This document shows positions 28,250-37,666 of a stretch of 64,000 nt of DNA, one piece after another. The DNA lies in contig JANMLN010000083.1 in assembly GCA_031372565.1 (NCBI GenBank), forward strand, positions 1 through 64,000, read 5' to 3'. How positions within the stretch are numbered: the first letter of the stretch is position 1; every line of letters starts with the position of its first letter. The notes under the pieces are model-generated. The model was not told the DNA's origin. It did no database searches and worked only from the letters and a program-made list of their open reading frames with translations. Source of the DNA: Gemmatimonadota bacterium (GTDB lineage: Bacteria > Gemmatimonadota > Gemmatimonadetes > Gemmatimonadales > Gemmatimonadaceae). A program made the translations under genes and the position numbers.

Positions 28250-31138
28250 TCAGGGAATGGCGCCCGCCGCCCCCGCGCGTCGAGGATCTGCTCCCGCCGT
28301 CGCCGTCTTGCCCTCGACGGACACGGCCGCGCCGTACCCCATGCGCAGTTCGCCGCGGAGCGAGATCGGGATCATCTCCCAGCCGCGCGCCTCGAGACCG
28401 CGAATGACGCCGGGGGCAAAGCCGTCCTCGTACTCGACGCTGATGCGACCCGGGCCATCGAGGCCGCCCAAGAACCCGCGGCCGCCGGGGAGAAAGCGCG
28501 GCAGTTCGAGCGCACGCTGTGGATCGAGCCCGAAATCGAGCCGTCCGACCAGCGCTCCGTACACCGCGCTCGTGATCCAGGCGTTACCCGCCGCGCCGAC
28601 GCCAAAGGCCAGCTTGAGGTCGCGCCCGGTGCCACGGAAGACGATGGTGGGGGTGATGATGGAGCCGTGTCGCGCATTGGGGAGTCGCGCACCGTAGCCG
28701 TTCGGGTCACTGCCGAACGAGGTGAGCTTGTCGTTGTAGAGGAACCCAAGCCCCGGGGTGACGTAGAAGGTGCCGCCCCAGGTGCCAAGCGTCTGCGTGA
28801 CGACCACCATGTTGCCGTCGTTGTCGGCAACGGCAAAGGACGTGGTGCCGTGTGCGCGGCAGACCGCGACCTCGCGCGCGTGCTCGAGCGGATCGCACCC
28901 CTCCGGGGTGGCCGCTGCGAGTCCCAGGCCGCTCGCGGGTGGTGCGACAGGCGGCGTCGGCGTCGCGGGACCATTGCCGGCACAGGGCAGCGGGCCGTTG
29001 AGCAGCCGTGATGTCGGTGCTGCTGCCACGTCGAAGCAGCGCCAGCGTGCACGCGCCGTGTCCTTGTCGATCATCGGTGCAACGTCGACGGGCCAGAGCC
29101 CGGGGTCCGCAATCCGCCCACGCGACGACGGCGCCAGCAGCCACGCGCTCAGGAACGCGTGCGCGCTGAGCGGATCCTCGGTGAACGGCTTGAGGCCACC
29201 GTACTGCTCGAGCAGGTTGAGCTGCGCGACCATCTGGGCACCGCCGGACACGGGGGGCACGCTCGAAAAGAGCGTGTAGCCGCGATAGGTCCCGCGCACG
29301 GGGGTGCGTTCGACCGCGTAGTAGCGCGCGAGATCGCGCAGGTTCATCAGGTTGCCCTGCCCGCGCAGATCGGTGACGATGCGGCGCGCCACGTCGCCCT
29401 TGTAGAAGCCGTCCGCGCCGCGTTCGGCGATCTGTTCAAGGACCCACGCGAGGTCGGCGTTGCGTACCGTGTCGCCCACCGCCATCGGTTGACCATCGCG
29501 AAAGAAGAGCGCGCGACTGCCCGCGTACTTCGCGAAGTGGTCGCGCTCGACGCGCAACGTCGTGGCGAGCCCTTCGCTGATGGCGTAGCCGCCGCGCGCG
29601 GCGCGAATGGCGGGGGCGAGGATCGCCTTCCAGGTGACCTTGCCGGAGCCGAAGCGCGTGAACGCCTTGTGCATGCCAGCCACCGTGCCGGGCACGATGG
29701 GCAGGACGGGTCCGTCGTCGGGATAGCGTCCGTTCACGAGCGCGCTCGCGTTGGCCAGCGACGCTTCCTCGGGCGCGCGCGCCATGAACTCGATGAGCTG
29801 TGGCTCGGTCCATCCGTTCTTGTGCACGAGCATCTGGCCATAGCCCGCGACGCCGCTCGCGTCGGGTTCCACGACACCGAGCGCGAACGAGACGGCGATG
29901 GCGGCATCGACGACATTGCCACCGGCGCGCAGGATCTCGAGCCCCGCGTCCGTGGCGACCGGGTGCGCGCTCGAGACCACGGCACGTCCGCTCGCCGGGA
30001 GGCGCAGGGGAGGGCGCTCCTGGAGCATCGCGTGGAGTGCCGCGTCGAGTGCGCTGTCGGTTGCCGCCGCGAGTACGCGTGCTCGCATCCGGTCACGCAC
30101 GGCGCTCCATTGGGCGCGACGTGCGGCGTCGGTGGCATAGTAGAGCGTGGCGGTGCGCTCCCAGGCGCGGTCGAGCGCCTCGGCGTTGCGGGCGTCGCGC
30201 GACGGGAGTGCTGCCGTCACGCGCATCGGTGCGCGGCCCGCGTCGGGCACGGGCGGTACGTCGATGGACACGAAGCGGGTTGGCACGCCGAGCCGTTCGC
30301 TCACGCGCAGCCCCAGGCGATCGGGATCACCGTTGTACCCGGGTTCATCACCGGTGCGTTCGGCGATGACCACGGTGCGACCGTCGGCGCTCCACGCCAC
30401 GTCGCCGCGCAGCAGGCTCGCCGGTTGCACGATGCGGCCGTCAGCGCCGCTCACGAAGACGCCACTCCGCGCACCGCGCGCGCTGAACGTGACGCGGTCA
30501 CCCGTCGGTGCCCAGGCGATGTCCTCGACGTCGCGATCACCGACGATGACGCGATCCGCGTTGGTGGCCAGCGTGCGGACGCGCGCACGGCCGCTGCCAT
30601 CGGACATGTCGAGGTAGGCGAGGCGCGAGCCATCGGCAGAGAGGGCCGGGGCGAATTCGGGCAGGTCACCGCTCGTGACGCGCTTCTCGGTGCCGTCGCG
30701 CTCGCGCACGAAGAGACGCATGGCCGCGTGCCGGCCGCGCACGAAGTAGGTGCGCCCCTCGGCGTCCGTCGCCGGATCGGTATCGATGTCGCCGAGGGAG
30801 AGCGCGACGGGTTCGTTCGCGCGGCCGCTGTCGTCGACGTCGAGACGATGAATGCGCCACCGACCGCCGCGGTCCGAGCTGAAGACGAGGGCGCGACCAT
30901 CGCGCGACCACACCGGTTGCATGTCCCACGCCGCGCCCGTGGTGAGTCGCCGCCACGGCGCGTCGACGGGTGAAGCAGCGCGCATCCAGAGGTCGCCATC
31001 GATCTCGACCGCGAGGCGGCCGTCCGGCGCGACGGCGGGGGTGCGGATCGAGCGCTCGAGCGGCACGTGTTGCGCACGTGCCGCGGAGGGGAGGGCGAGC
31101 GACAGGAGCAGCGCGATGGGACCAGCGAGGCGCGACAT
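28250..31138 (-). CDS. Secreted fusion: TolB/PD40 beta-propeller + tricorn-C1-like helical domain + gamma-glutamyltransferase-family Ntn-hydrolase
   Basis: Signal peptide MSRLAG...ARAQ, PD40 repeats (QPVWSRDGRALVFSSDR, APALSADGSRLAY), and GGT motifs GGNVVDAAIA, GVVEPDASG, VPGTVAG, GFYKG, GTTSFAVADNDGN, GADPRR. Confidence 0.85.
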   Translation of the reverse strand: MSRLAGPIALLLSLALPSAARAQHVPLERSIRTPAVAPDGRLAVEIDGDLWMRAASPVDAPWRRLTTGAAWDMQPVWSRDGRALVFSSDRGGRWRIHRLDVDDSGRANEPVALSLGDIDTDPATDAEGRTYFVRGRHAAMRLFVRERDGTEKRVTSGDLPEFAPALSADGSRLAYLDMSDGSGRARVRTLATNADRVIVGDRDVEDIAWAPTGDRVTFSARGARSGVFVSGADGRIVQPASLLRGDVAWSADGRTVVIAERTGDEPGYNGDPDRLGLRVSERLGVPTRFVSIDVPPVPDAGRAPMRVTAALPSRDARNAEALDRAWERTATLYYATDAARRAQWSAVRDRMRARVLAAATDSALDAALHAMLQERPPLRLPASGRAVVSSAHPVATDAGLEILRAGGNVVDAAIAVSFALGVVEPDASGVAGYGQMLVHKNGWTEPQLIEFMARAPEEASLANASALVNGRYPDDGPVLPIVPGTVAGMHKAFTRFGSGKVTWKAILAPAIRAARGGYAISEGLATTLRVERDHFAKYAGSRALFFRDGQPMAVGDTVRNADLAWVLEQIAERGADGFYKGDVARRIVTDLRGQGNLMNLRDLARYYAVERTPVRGTYRGYTLFSSVPPVSGGAQMVAQLNLLEQYGGLKPFTEDPLSAHAFLSAWLLAPSSRGRIADPGLWPVDVAPMIDKDTARARWRCFDVAAAPTSRLLNGPLPCAGNGPATPTPPVAPPASGLGLAAATPEGCDPLEHAREVAVCRAHGTTSFAVADNDGNMVVVTQTLGTWGGTFYVTPGLGFLYNDKLTSFGSDPNGYGARLPNARHGSIITPTIVFRGTGRDLKLAFGVGAAGNAWITSAVYGALVGRLDFGLDPQRALELPRFLPGGRGFLGGLDGPGRISVEYEDGFAPGVIRGLEARGWEMIPISLRGELRMGYGAAVSVEGKTATAGADPRRAGAAGAIP

Positions 31139-31233
31139 GCAGCGTGGGACGAAAGGGGTCGTTATGCGCGGAGCGAAGAAGCTGCTGTGGAGGGCAGGGG
31201 GAGAACAAGCGGCGTGGAGGGGGCGGCTCGGAG

Positions 31234-31264
31234 AAGCAGATCCTTCGCTGCGCTCAGGATGACA
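31234..31264. repeat. REP-like palindromic repeat, copy 1
   Basis: AAGCAGATCCTTCGCTGCGCTCAGGATGACA, 28/31 identical to 45611-45641. Confidence 0.75.
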
Positions 31265-31306
31265 CGTGCGAGTGACATCAAAAAGGTGACTGAGCGTCCG
31301 CCGGAT

Positions 31307-31315
31307 TGTGGATAA
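31307..31315 (-). promoter_or_regulatory. Perfect DnaA box upstream of ftsZ
   Basis: TGTGGATAA is the reverse complement of TTATCCACA. A second box with one mismatch (TGTTGATAA) lies at 31424-31432. Confidence 0.55.
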
Positions 31316-31498
31316 GTGCTCGAAACGGCGCTCGTGCCGTCTGACGCGCTGGCTCGTCCAATGCACAGTCGCCCCCAGCGGGAGAGCTGCTATATTCACC
31401 CGCCTTGCACGTCTGTAGTACAGTGTTGATAACCCGGCTACCCACGGGCACTCGGGTCCTTTCGATCACCTTTTCAGCCACGTGGAGTCGCGAGCACC

Positions 31499-32662
31499 AT
31501 GATCTTCGAATTCGAGGAGAGCGCGACACAGAACGCCCGCATGAAGGTCGTGGGTGTCGGCGGTGGCGGCGGAAACGCCGTCAACCGCATGATCGATGAA
31601 CACCTCGAGGGTGTCGAGTTCATCTCGGTAAACACCGACGCGCAGGCGTTGCTGGCTTCCAAGGCGGACGTCAAGATCCAGATCGGCAAGAAGCTGACGC
31701 GCGGCCTCGGGGCTGGCGCGCGCCCCGATATCGGTCGTCAGGCCATCGAGGAGAACCGCGACGAGGTCTCGCGCGTGCTCGGCAACGCGGACCTGGTCTT
31801 CGTCACCTGCGGCATGGGCGGCGGGACGGGTACCGGTGCGGCGCCGGTGATCTGCGAGTTGGCGCGCGAGGCAGGCGCCCTCACGGTCGGCATCGTCACG
31901 CGGCCGTTCCTCTTCGAAGGGCGCAAGCGCATGCGGCAGGCCGAAGCGGGCATCGCCGAGATGCGGAAGCATGTCGACACCATGATCGTCGTGCCGAACG
32001 AGCGGTTGCTGGCCGTCGTCGGCAAGGGGATTCCGTTCCAGGACGCGCTCAAGAAGGCGGACGAGGTCCTGCTGCAGGCGACGCAGGGCATTTCGCTGCT
32101 CATCTCCAAGACCGGCCTCATCAACGTCGACTTCGCCGACGTGCGCACCGTGATGCAGAATGGCGGCTCGGCGCTCATGGGCACGGGCGTTGGCCGCGGC
32201 GAGAATCGCGCGACCGAGGCGGCACAGCAGGCGATCTCCAGCCCGCTGCTCGACAACGTGTCGGTGGCGGGCGCCGCCGGCGTGCTGCTCAACATCACGG
32301 GTGGCGAGGATCTCACGCTCGGTGAAGTCACGCAGATCTCGGACATCATCCACGATGCCGTGGGCGACGACTCGCAGATCATCTTCGGGTCGGTGACGGA
32401 GCCGGCCATGCAGGGTGAAGTGCGCGTGACCGTGATTGCAACCGGCTTTGATCGCGGCGCGGAGCAGGCGTCGCCGTCGGCGAGCGAGTCGGCGCGTCCG
32501 TCGATGGGGATGCGGACGGGAGGTGCGCCGGTCATTCCGTTCCCGAAGGCCAAGACGCAGCCGACGCCGGCCGCGCAGCCGCCGCTCACGCGCCCGTCGC
32601 GCGCGACTTCCGAGCTGGGTGACATGGAGATTCCGACCTTCATTCGTCGCCAGATGGACTGA
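31499..32662 (+). CDS. ftsZ: Cell division protein FtsZ
   Basis: [31 protein letters not shown] tubulin signature, INVDFADV, and C-terminal core [10 protein letters not shown]. Confidence 0.99.
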   Translation: MIFEFEESATQNARMKVVGVGGGGGNAVNRMIDEHLEGVEFISVNTDAQALLASKADVKIQIGKKLTRGLGAGARPDIGRQAIEENRDEVSRVLGNADLVFVTCGMGGGTGTGAAPVICELAREAGALTVGIVTRPFLFEGRKRMRQAEAGIAEMRKHVDTMIVVPNERLLAVVGKGIPFQDALKKADEVLLQATQGISLLISKTGLINVDFADVRTVMQNGGSALMGTGVGRGENRATEAAQQAISSPLLDNVSVAGAAGVLLNITGGEDLTLGEVTQISDIIHDAVGDDSQIIFGSVTEPAMQGEVRVTVIATGFDRGAEQASPSASESARPSMGMRTGGAPVIPFPKAKTQPTPAAQPPLTRPSRATSELGDMEIPTFIRRQMD

Positions 32663-32687
32663 CCACGGCCGATCGCCGCTGGTCACT

Positions 32688-32721
32688 CGGGCCGACGTTC
32701 CGCACGCGGAGCGTCGGCCCG
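32688..32721 (+). terminator. Hairpin downstream of ftsZ (terminator-like)
   Basis: CGGGCCGACGTTCCG-CACG-CGGAGCGTCGGCCCG, a 15-bp stem with one G-U pair and no U-tract. Confidence 0.5.
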
Positions 32722-32737
32722 CTAGCTTGTGGGCCGA

Positions 32738-34552
32738 ATGGGGTCCTGGTTGATCGCTCTGGTGGCGGGCGCCGTCGCGGCGCTCGCCGGGTACTGGCCG
32801 CTGGCCTCGCGCACGGGGTGGGCGGCGCGCGCCTCGGTCGCGGCTCGCTTCGTGGCGGTGCTGCTGACCGTCGCCCTCGTCGTCGATGCGCCGGCTGCGC
32901 CCGCCTCGCGCCTGGGGGCGTTCGTGGCCCTCGACGCGTCGGCCAGCTGGCGTCGCGGCGGCGACAGCGCGGCATGGCGTACCGCGGTGCGCGAGGCGCG
33001 CGACGCCAGCGCCGACTCGGTCTTTCTCTTCGGCGACACCGTGCGCGCCGGGGCGCTTCCCGGTGTCCCGCAAGACGCCGCGTCGCGCGTGCAACCGGCG
33101 GTCGAGCGCGCGCTGGCCGCGGGTCGCGCACTGGTTGTCGTGACCGACGGCGAGTTGTCCGATCCCGAAGCGCTGCAGGCGCTCCCGGCCGGATCGCAAC
33201 TGATCATCCCGACGCGGGCCCTCACGCGCGACTTGGCGATCGCGGCGCTCGAGGCGCCGTCAGCAGCCGTCGCCGGTGATTCGATCGACGTGCGACTCTC
33301 GGTGGCGGCGGGCGGGGCGGGGAGTGGCGCCGGGCGCCTTGTCGTGGCGCTCGATCGCACCCCGGTGCTGGATGCGCCGCTCGAAGCGCTCGGACCGTGG
33401 GGCGAGCGCACGGTGGTACTCCGTGTGCCGCTCGGCGACCGGTCTGGTGCCCTCGTGCTGCGGGCGTATGCGGCGTCGGCGCAGGATGCCGAACCGGTGA
33501 ACGACACGCTCGCCGTTGGGCTCGATGTGGCGCCGCAGGCGTCGGTCGTGTTTGCGTCGAGCAGCCCGGATGCCGATGCGCGGTGGATCGTGGCGCTGCT
33601 GCGCGGGGCGGTCGGCTTGCCGACGCGCGCGTACCTGCGCGTGGCCCCCGGCCAGTGGCGCGTCGAAGGCAGTCTGGCGCCGATCGCCGAGGCGGAGGTG
33701 CGGCGTCTCGTGGGGGCGGCGCCGCTGGCGGTGCTGCACGGGGACACGGCCATGTTTGGCGCGCCATCCACGGCGACGCGCGGGGCGCTCGCGCTCATCG
33801 CACCGCCGCGTGAGCGCACGGGCGAGTGGTACGCGATCGCTGCGCCCCCGTCCCCGCTCGCGGGGGCGCTCGGAGGGGTGCCGTGGGATTCGCTGCCGCC
33901 CATCGAGGTCGGCACGCCGGCCCGTGGCGATTGGACCGGCCTGATGGTGGCGCATGCGCGTGGTGAACGTCCCGTGGCGGCGGTCGTGGGCCGCAATGCG
34001 CCGCGACGTACCGTGGTGGTGACGGCCACGGGGTTCAGTGCATGGCGTGTGCGCGCGGGGGTGTCGGCAGACGCCTTCGGCGCGCTCTGGGGCGCTGCCG
34101 CCGACTGGCTCGCGGCTGACCGACCGGATATCCGCGCGGCGCGTCCGGCGGCTGGCGTGCTGCGTGAGGGCGATCCGGTGCGCTGGCGGCGGGGCGGGAG
34201 CAGTGACACGCTGGTGCGCGTGGTGGTCGCTCGACGCGGCGCGCGCACGGGCGAGGCGGGGCGTGCCGACACGCTCGAGTTGCGGTTCGCGCGCGACGTG
34301 AACGAGGCCGCGAGCGCCTCGCTCTCGCCGGGCACGTACGACGTGCGTGCGCCGGGCGGCGTGTCGGTACTCGTGGTGAATCCGTCGGCGGAGTGGGTGG
34401 CGCGTCGTCCCACCGTGGTGGCCGGGGCGGTGGGCACCGGCGCCGCGTCGGGGGAGGCACCCGGTGTGCGCACGATGGCGTGGCCCTTCGCCCTCGTCGT
34501 CCTCCTGCTCTGTGCCGAGTGGCTGCTGCGGCGACGCGCGGGACTCCGCTAG
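32738..34552 (+). CDS. Membrane protein with VWA-like (MIDAS) and Ig-like domains
   Basis: N-terminal TMs, LDASAS (DxSxS) and VVVTDG MIDAS elements, RDLAIAALEAP Ig-like segment, and C-terminal TM LLLCAEWLLRRR. Confidence 0.68.
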   Translation: MGSWLIALVAGAVAALAGYWPLASRTGWAARASVAARFVAVLLTVALVVDAPAAPASRLGAFVALDASASWRRGGDSAAWRTAVREARDASADSVFLFGDTVRAGALPGVPQDAASRVQPAVERALAAGRALVVVTDGELSDPEALQALPAGSQLIIPTRALTRDLAIAALEAPSAAVAGDSIDVRLSVAAGGAGSGAGRLVVALDRTPVLDAPLEALGPWGERTVVLRVPLGDRSGALVLRAYAASAQDAEPVNDTLAVGLDVAPQASVVFASSSPDADARWIVALLRGAVGLPTRAYLRVAPGQWRVEGSLAPIAEAEVRRLVGAAPLAVLHGDTAMFGAPSTATRGALALIAPPRERTGEWYAIAAPPSPLAGALGGVPWDSLPPIEVGTPARGDWTGLMVAHARGERPVAAVVGRNAPRRTVVVTATGFSAWRVRAGVSADAFGALWGAAADWLAADRPDIRAARPAAGVLREGDPVRWRRGGSSDTLVRVVVARRGARTGEAGRADTLELRFARDVNEAASASLSPGTYDVRAPGGVSVLVVNPSAEWVARRPTVVAGAVGTGAASGEAPGVRTMAWPFALVVLLLCAEWLLRRRAGLR

Positions 34553-34581
34553 CGCACGAGTCGCGCACTAGCTTTGCCTGG

Positions 34582-35508
34582 ATGCGGCTCATTCAGAAAG
34601 CGGGCGATCTTGCCCGTCGCTCGCTCTGGCAGCGTATCAAGGACGTTGCCCTCACCGACGTGGGCGTGCTCCTCACGGGGGGCGTGAAGGCGGGCGACCT
34701 CGAAGCGCTCGAGGAGCTGTTGCTCGCGGCCGATTTCGGTGTCGCGACCACGCTGCGGCTCGTGGCCGAGGTCGAGCGGATCGCGAAGCGCGGTGAGGCG
34801 AAGTCGGAAGCCGAGTTCCGTGAGGCACTGCGCGCGCTGATCGAAGCGGAACTGCGCAAGGGCAACAGCGCGAGCGCGCTCGCACGCGCCACCACCGGAC
34901 CCACGGTGCTGCTCATCGTGGGCGTGAACGGTGCCGGCAAGACGACCTTCATCGGGAAGCTCGCGCACCAGTTGCGCGCCGAGGGGCGCAGCGTGCTCGT
35001 CGGGGCTGCGGACACCTTTCGCGCGGGCGCCATCGACCAGTTGCGCGTCTGGGCCGATCGCAGCGGTGCGCAGTTCGTGGGCGGGGCGGCCGGCGCCGAC
35101 CCGGCGGCGGTGGCCTTCGATGCGATCGACGCCGGCGTGACGCGTGGTATCGACACGGTCATCATCGATACCGCGGGCCGGTTGCACACGAGCGACGCCC
35201 TGATGACCGAACTCAAGAAGGTCGCGCGCGTGGTGGCGAAGCGACTCCCGGGCGCGCCGCACGACACGCTGCTCGTGCTCGACGGGACGATCGGGCAGAA
35301 TGCGGTGGCGCAGGCGCGTACGTTTGCGGCGGCCGTTCCTGTGTCGGGTCTGGTCATGACCAAGCTCGATGGCACGGCCAAGGGCGGCATCGTCGTTGCC
35401 GTGCACGACGCGCTCGATGTCCCGATCAAGTACCTCGGCACGGGCGAAGCCGCCGGCGATCTCGAGCCGTTTGACGCGGCCTCGTTCAGCCGCGACTTGC
35501 TCGACTAG
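34582..35508 (+). CDS. ftsY: Signal recognition particle receptor FtsY
   Basis: GVNGAGKTT, DTFRAGA, DTAGR, DGTIGQN, TKLDGTAKGG, GTGE. Confidence 0.96.
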   Translation: MRLIQKAGDLARRSLWQRIKDVALTDVGVLLTGGVKAGDLEALEELLLAADFGVATTLRLVAEVERIAKRGEAKSEAEFREALRALIEAELRKGNSASALARATTGPTVLLIVGVNGAGKTTFIGKLAHQLRAEGRSVLVGAADTFRAGAIDQLRVWADRSGAQFVGGAAGADPAAVAFDAIDAGVTRGIDTVIIDTAGRLHTSDALMTELKKVARVVAKRLPGAPHDTLLVLDGTIGQNAVAQARTFAAAVPVSGLVMTKLDGTAKGGIVVAVHDALDVPIKYLGTGEAAGDLEPFDAASFSRDLLD

Positions 35509-35519
35509 CGCACCCGCGC

Positions 35520-37631
35520 ATGGCGATGACCCGACGACGTGACGGCACGTGGAAGTCGGACGGAGAGCCACGCATCACGCTCGAAACGCCGATCACCTAC
35601 CTGAAGGGCGTCGGTCCCGCGCGCGCGCAGGCGTTCGAGCGACTGGGCGTGCGCACCGCCGGCGAACTGCTCTTCCACGTGCCGATGCGGTACGAGGACG
35701 CGAGCACGATCCTGCCGATCAACACGCTGGCGCCTGGAATGGAAGGCACCGTGATGGGGACGGTGATCTCGAAAGGGATTCTGCCGACGCGCAAAGGGCT
35801 CAAGATCTTCCAGGCCGTGCTGCGCGATGCCACCGGCATGATCGAGGTTGCGTGGCCCGGCCAGCCCTTTCTCGATCGTACGATCAACAAGGGCGATACG
35901 CTGCTGGCGTCCGGCAGCGTGCGTTTCTACCATGGCCGCCAGCTGACGCCGCGCGAGTGGGTCAACCTCGGCGACAATCCGGACGGACTCGGCGGCCGTG
36001 TGCTGCCGGTCTATCCAGCCACCGAAGGGCTCTCGTTCAAGCTGATCCGCGGCTTGATCGAGCAGCACCTCGCGCCGCTGGCACCGCTGGTCAAGGACCC
36101 GCTTCCTGCCTCGGTGCTCGCCGAGGTCGGTCTGGCGCCCCTGGCCGAGGCGCTGGTGCTGGTGCACACGCCGAGCTCGATGGCCGATGCGATCCGCGGC
36201 CGTGACCGACTCGCGTTCGACGAACTGTTTGCGGTGCAATTGCTGCAGCGCCGGGCACGGGCCCTGGCACGGGCGCCGCGCACGGGTGTCGCGTTCGCCA
36301 AGCCGGGGGCGATGGCGCGCCAGCTCAAGGCGGCGCTGCCCTATGCGCTCACGCGGGCGCAGATGCGCGCGATCAAGGAGATTGTCGCGGACATGATGGC
36401 GCCGGAGAAGATGCATCGGCTGCTGCAGGGCGATGTGGGGGCGGGGAAGACGATCGTCGCGGTGTTCGCGGCGCTGGTCGCGATCGAGAGCGGATACCAG
36501 GTCGCGTTGATGGCGCCGACCGAACTGCTCGCCGAGCAGCATCACCGCACCGTGAGCGCGCTGCTGGCGCCGCTCGGCATCGTCCCCGTGCTGGTGACCG
36601 GCAGCCTGGGGGCGGCGGCGCGGCGCGAGGTCGCCACCCGGCTCGCGAGTGTCGAGCCGGTGCTCGCCATCGGGACGCATGCCTTGGTGCAGGACGGCAC
36701 GCGCTTCGCGAAGTTGGGACTCGCGATCGTGGACGAGCAGCATCGCTTTGGCGTCGCGCAGCGCGCCGAACTGGGCGCCAAGGGCGCCGCCCCTGACGTG
36801 TTGCTCATGACGGCAACGCCGATTCCGCGCTCCCTCGCGCTGACCCTGCATGGCGACCTCGGTGTGAGCGTGCTGGATGAGCGCCCGCCGGGGCGCACGC
36901 CGGTGACCACGGCGCTCCGGCCGGAGGCGGCGCGGGGGCGGGTGCTCGAGTTCGTGCGTCGGCAAGTTGATGCCGGTCGGCAGGCGTACATCGTGTACCC
37001 GGTGATTGAACAGTCGGAGAAGTCCGACCTCAAGGCGGCGACCGTGATGTTCGCGGCGCTCGCCGAGGGTGCCTTGGCGGGTACGCGCGTGGCGCTGCTC
37101 CACGGGCGTCTCCCCACCACCGAGCGGGATGCCACGATGCGCGCCTTCCGCGACGGCGCGATCGACGTGCTCGTCGCCACGACGGTGATCGAGGTGGGGA
37201 TCGACGTACCCAATGCGACCGTGATGGTCATCGAGCATCCCGAGCGGTTCGGGCTGTCGCAGCTGCATCAACTGCGTGGGCGCGTGGGTCGGGGCGCCGA
37301 GCAGTCGTACTGCATCCTGCTGGGCGACGTGGGCGAGGGCGCATCCGAGCGGCTGTCACTGTTCACCGCGACCGAGGACGGATTCAAGATTGCGGAGGCC
37401 GACTTGGGGCTGCGCGGCATGGGCGACCTGTTTGGCGAGCGCCAGCATGGCGTGCCCACGTACCGCGTCGCGGATCCGCTGCGGGACCGTGAGCTGGCGG
37501 TGCATGCGCGCGCCGCAGCGGACCGGACGCTGGCCGCGGACCCGCTCTTGCTGCGCCCCGAGCACGGGGCGCTCCGTGCGATGCTCGGGGCGCGCTACGA
37601 GACGGCGCTCACCCTGTTTCGCACGGGGTGA
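35520..37631 (+). CDS. recG: ATP-dependent DNA helicase RecG
   Basis: LKGVGP, RLLQGDVGAGKT, MAPTELLAEQH, VDEQHRFG, MTATPIPR, QLHQLRGRVGRG, DGFKIAEADL. Confidence 0.97.
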   Translation: MAMTRRRDGTWKSDGEPRITLETPITYLKGVGPARAQAFERLGVRTAGELLFHVPMRYEDASTILPINTLAPGMEGTVMGTVISKGILPTRKGLKIFQAVLRDATGMIEVAWPGQPFLDRTINKGDTLLASGSVRFYHGRQLTPREWVNLGDNPDGLGGRVLPVYPATEGLSFKLIRGLIEQHLAPLAPLVKDPLPASVLAEVGLAPLAEALVLVHTPSSMADAIRGRDRLAFDELFAVQLLQRRARALARAPRTGVAFAKPGAMARQLKAALPYALTRAQMRAIKEIVADMMAPEKMHRLLQGDVGAGKTIVAVFAALVAIESGYQVALMAPTELLAEQHHRTVSALLAPLGIVPVLVTGSLGAAARREVATRLASVEPVLAIGTHALVQDGTRFAKLGLAIVDEQHRFGVAQRAELGAKGAAPDVLLMTATPIPRSLALTLHGDLGVSVLDERPPGRTPVTTALRPEAARGRVLEFVRRQVDAGRQAYIVYPVIEQSEKSDLKAATVMFAALAEGALAGTRVALLHGRLPTTERDATMRAFRDGAIDVLVATTVIEVGIDVPNATVMVIEHPERFGLSQLHQLRGRVGRGAEQSYCILLGDVGEGASERLSLFTATEDGFKIAEADLGLRGMGDLFGERQHGVPTYRVADPLRDRELAVHARAAADRTLAADPLLLRPEHGALRAMLGARYETALTLFRTG

Positions 37632-37666
37632 TGACGCCGTCGTCTCGTCGGCGTACGTTTCCCACG

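Noticed and set aside
31139..31399. N-terminal extension of the GGT fusion containing 'CHPERSEGS'
   Set aside because: This is translation through the intergenic REP-like repeat. The signal peptide begins at 31138.
31300..31440. Possible replication origin
   Set aside because: Only two DnaA boxes, no extended AT-rich unwinding element, and no dnaA/dnaN/gidA context.
31405..31599. 64-aa ORF overlapping the ftsZ start
   Set aside because: TTG start, out-of-frame overlap with ftsZ and no motif. More simply read as the ftsZ leader.
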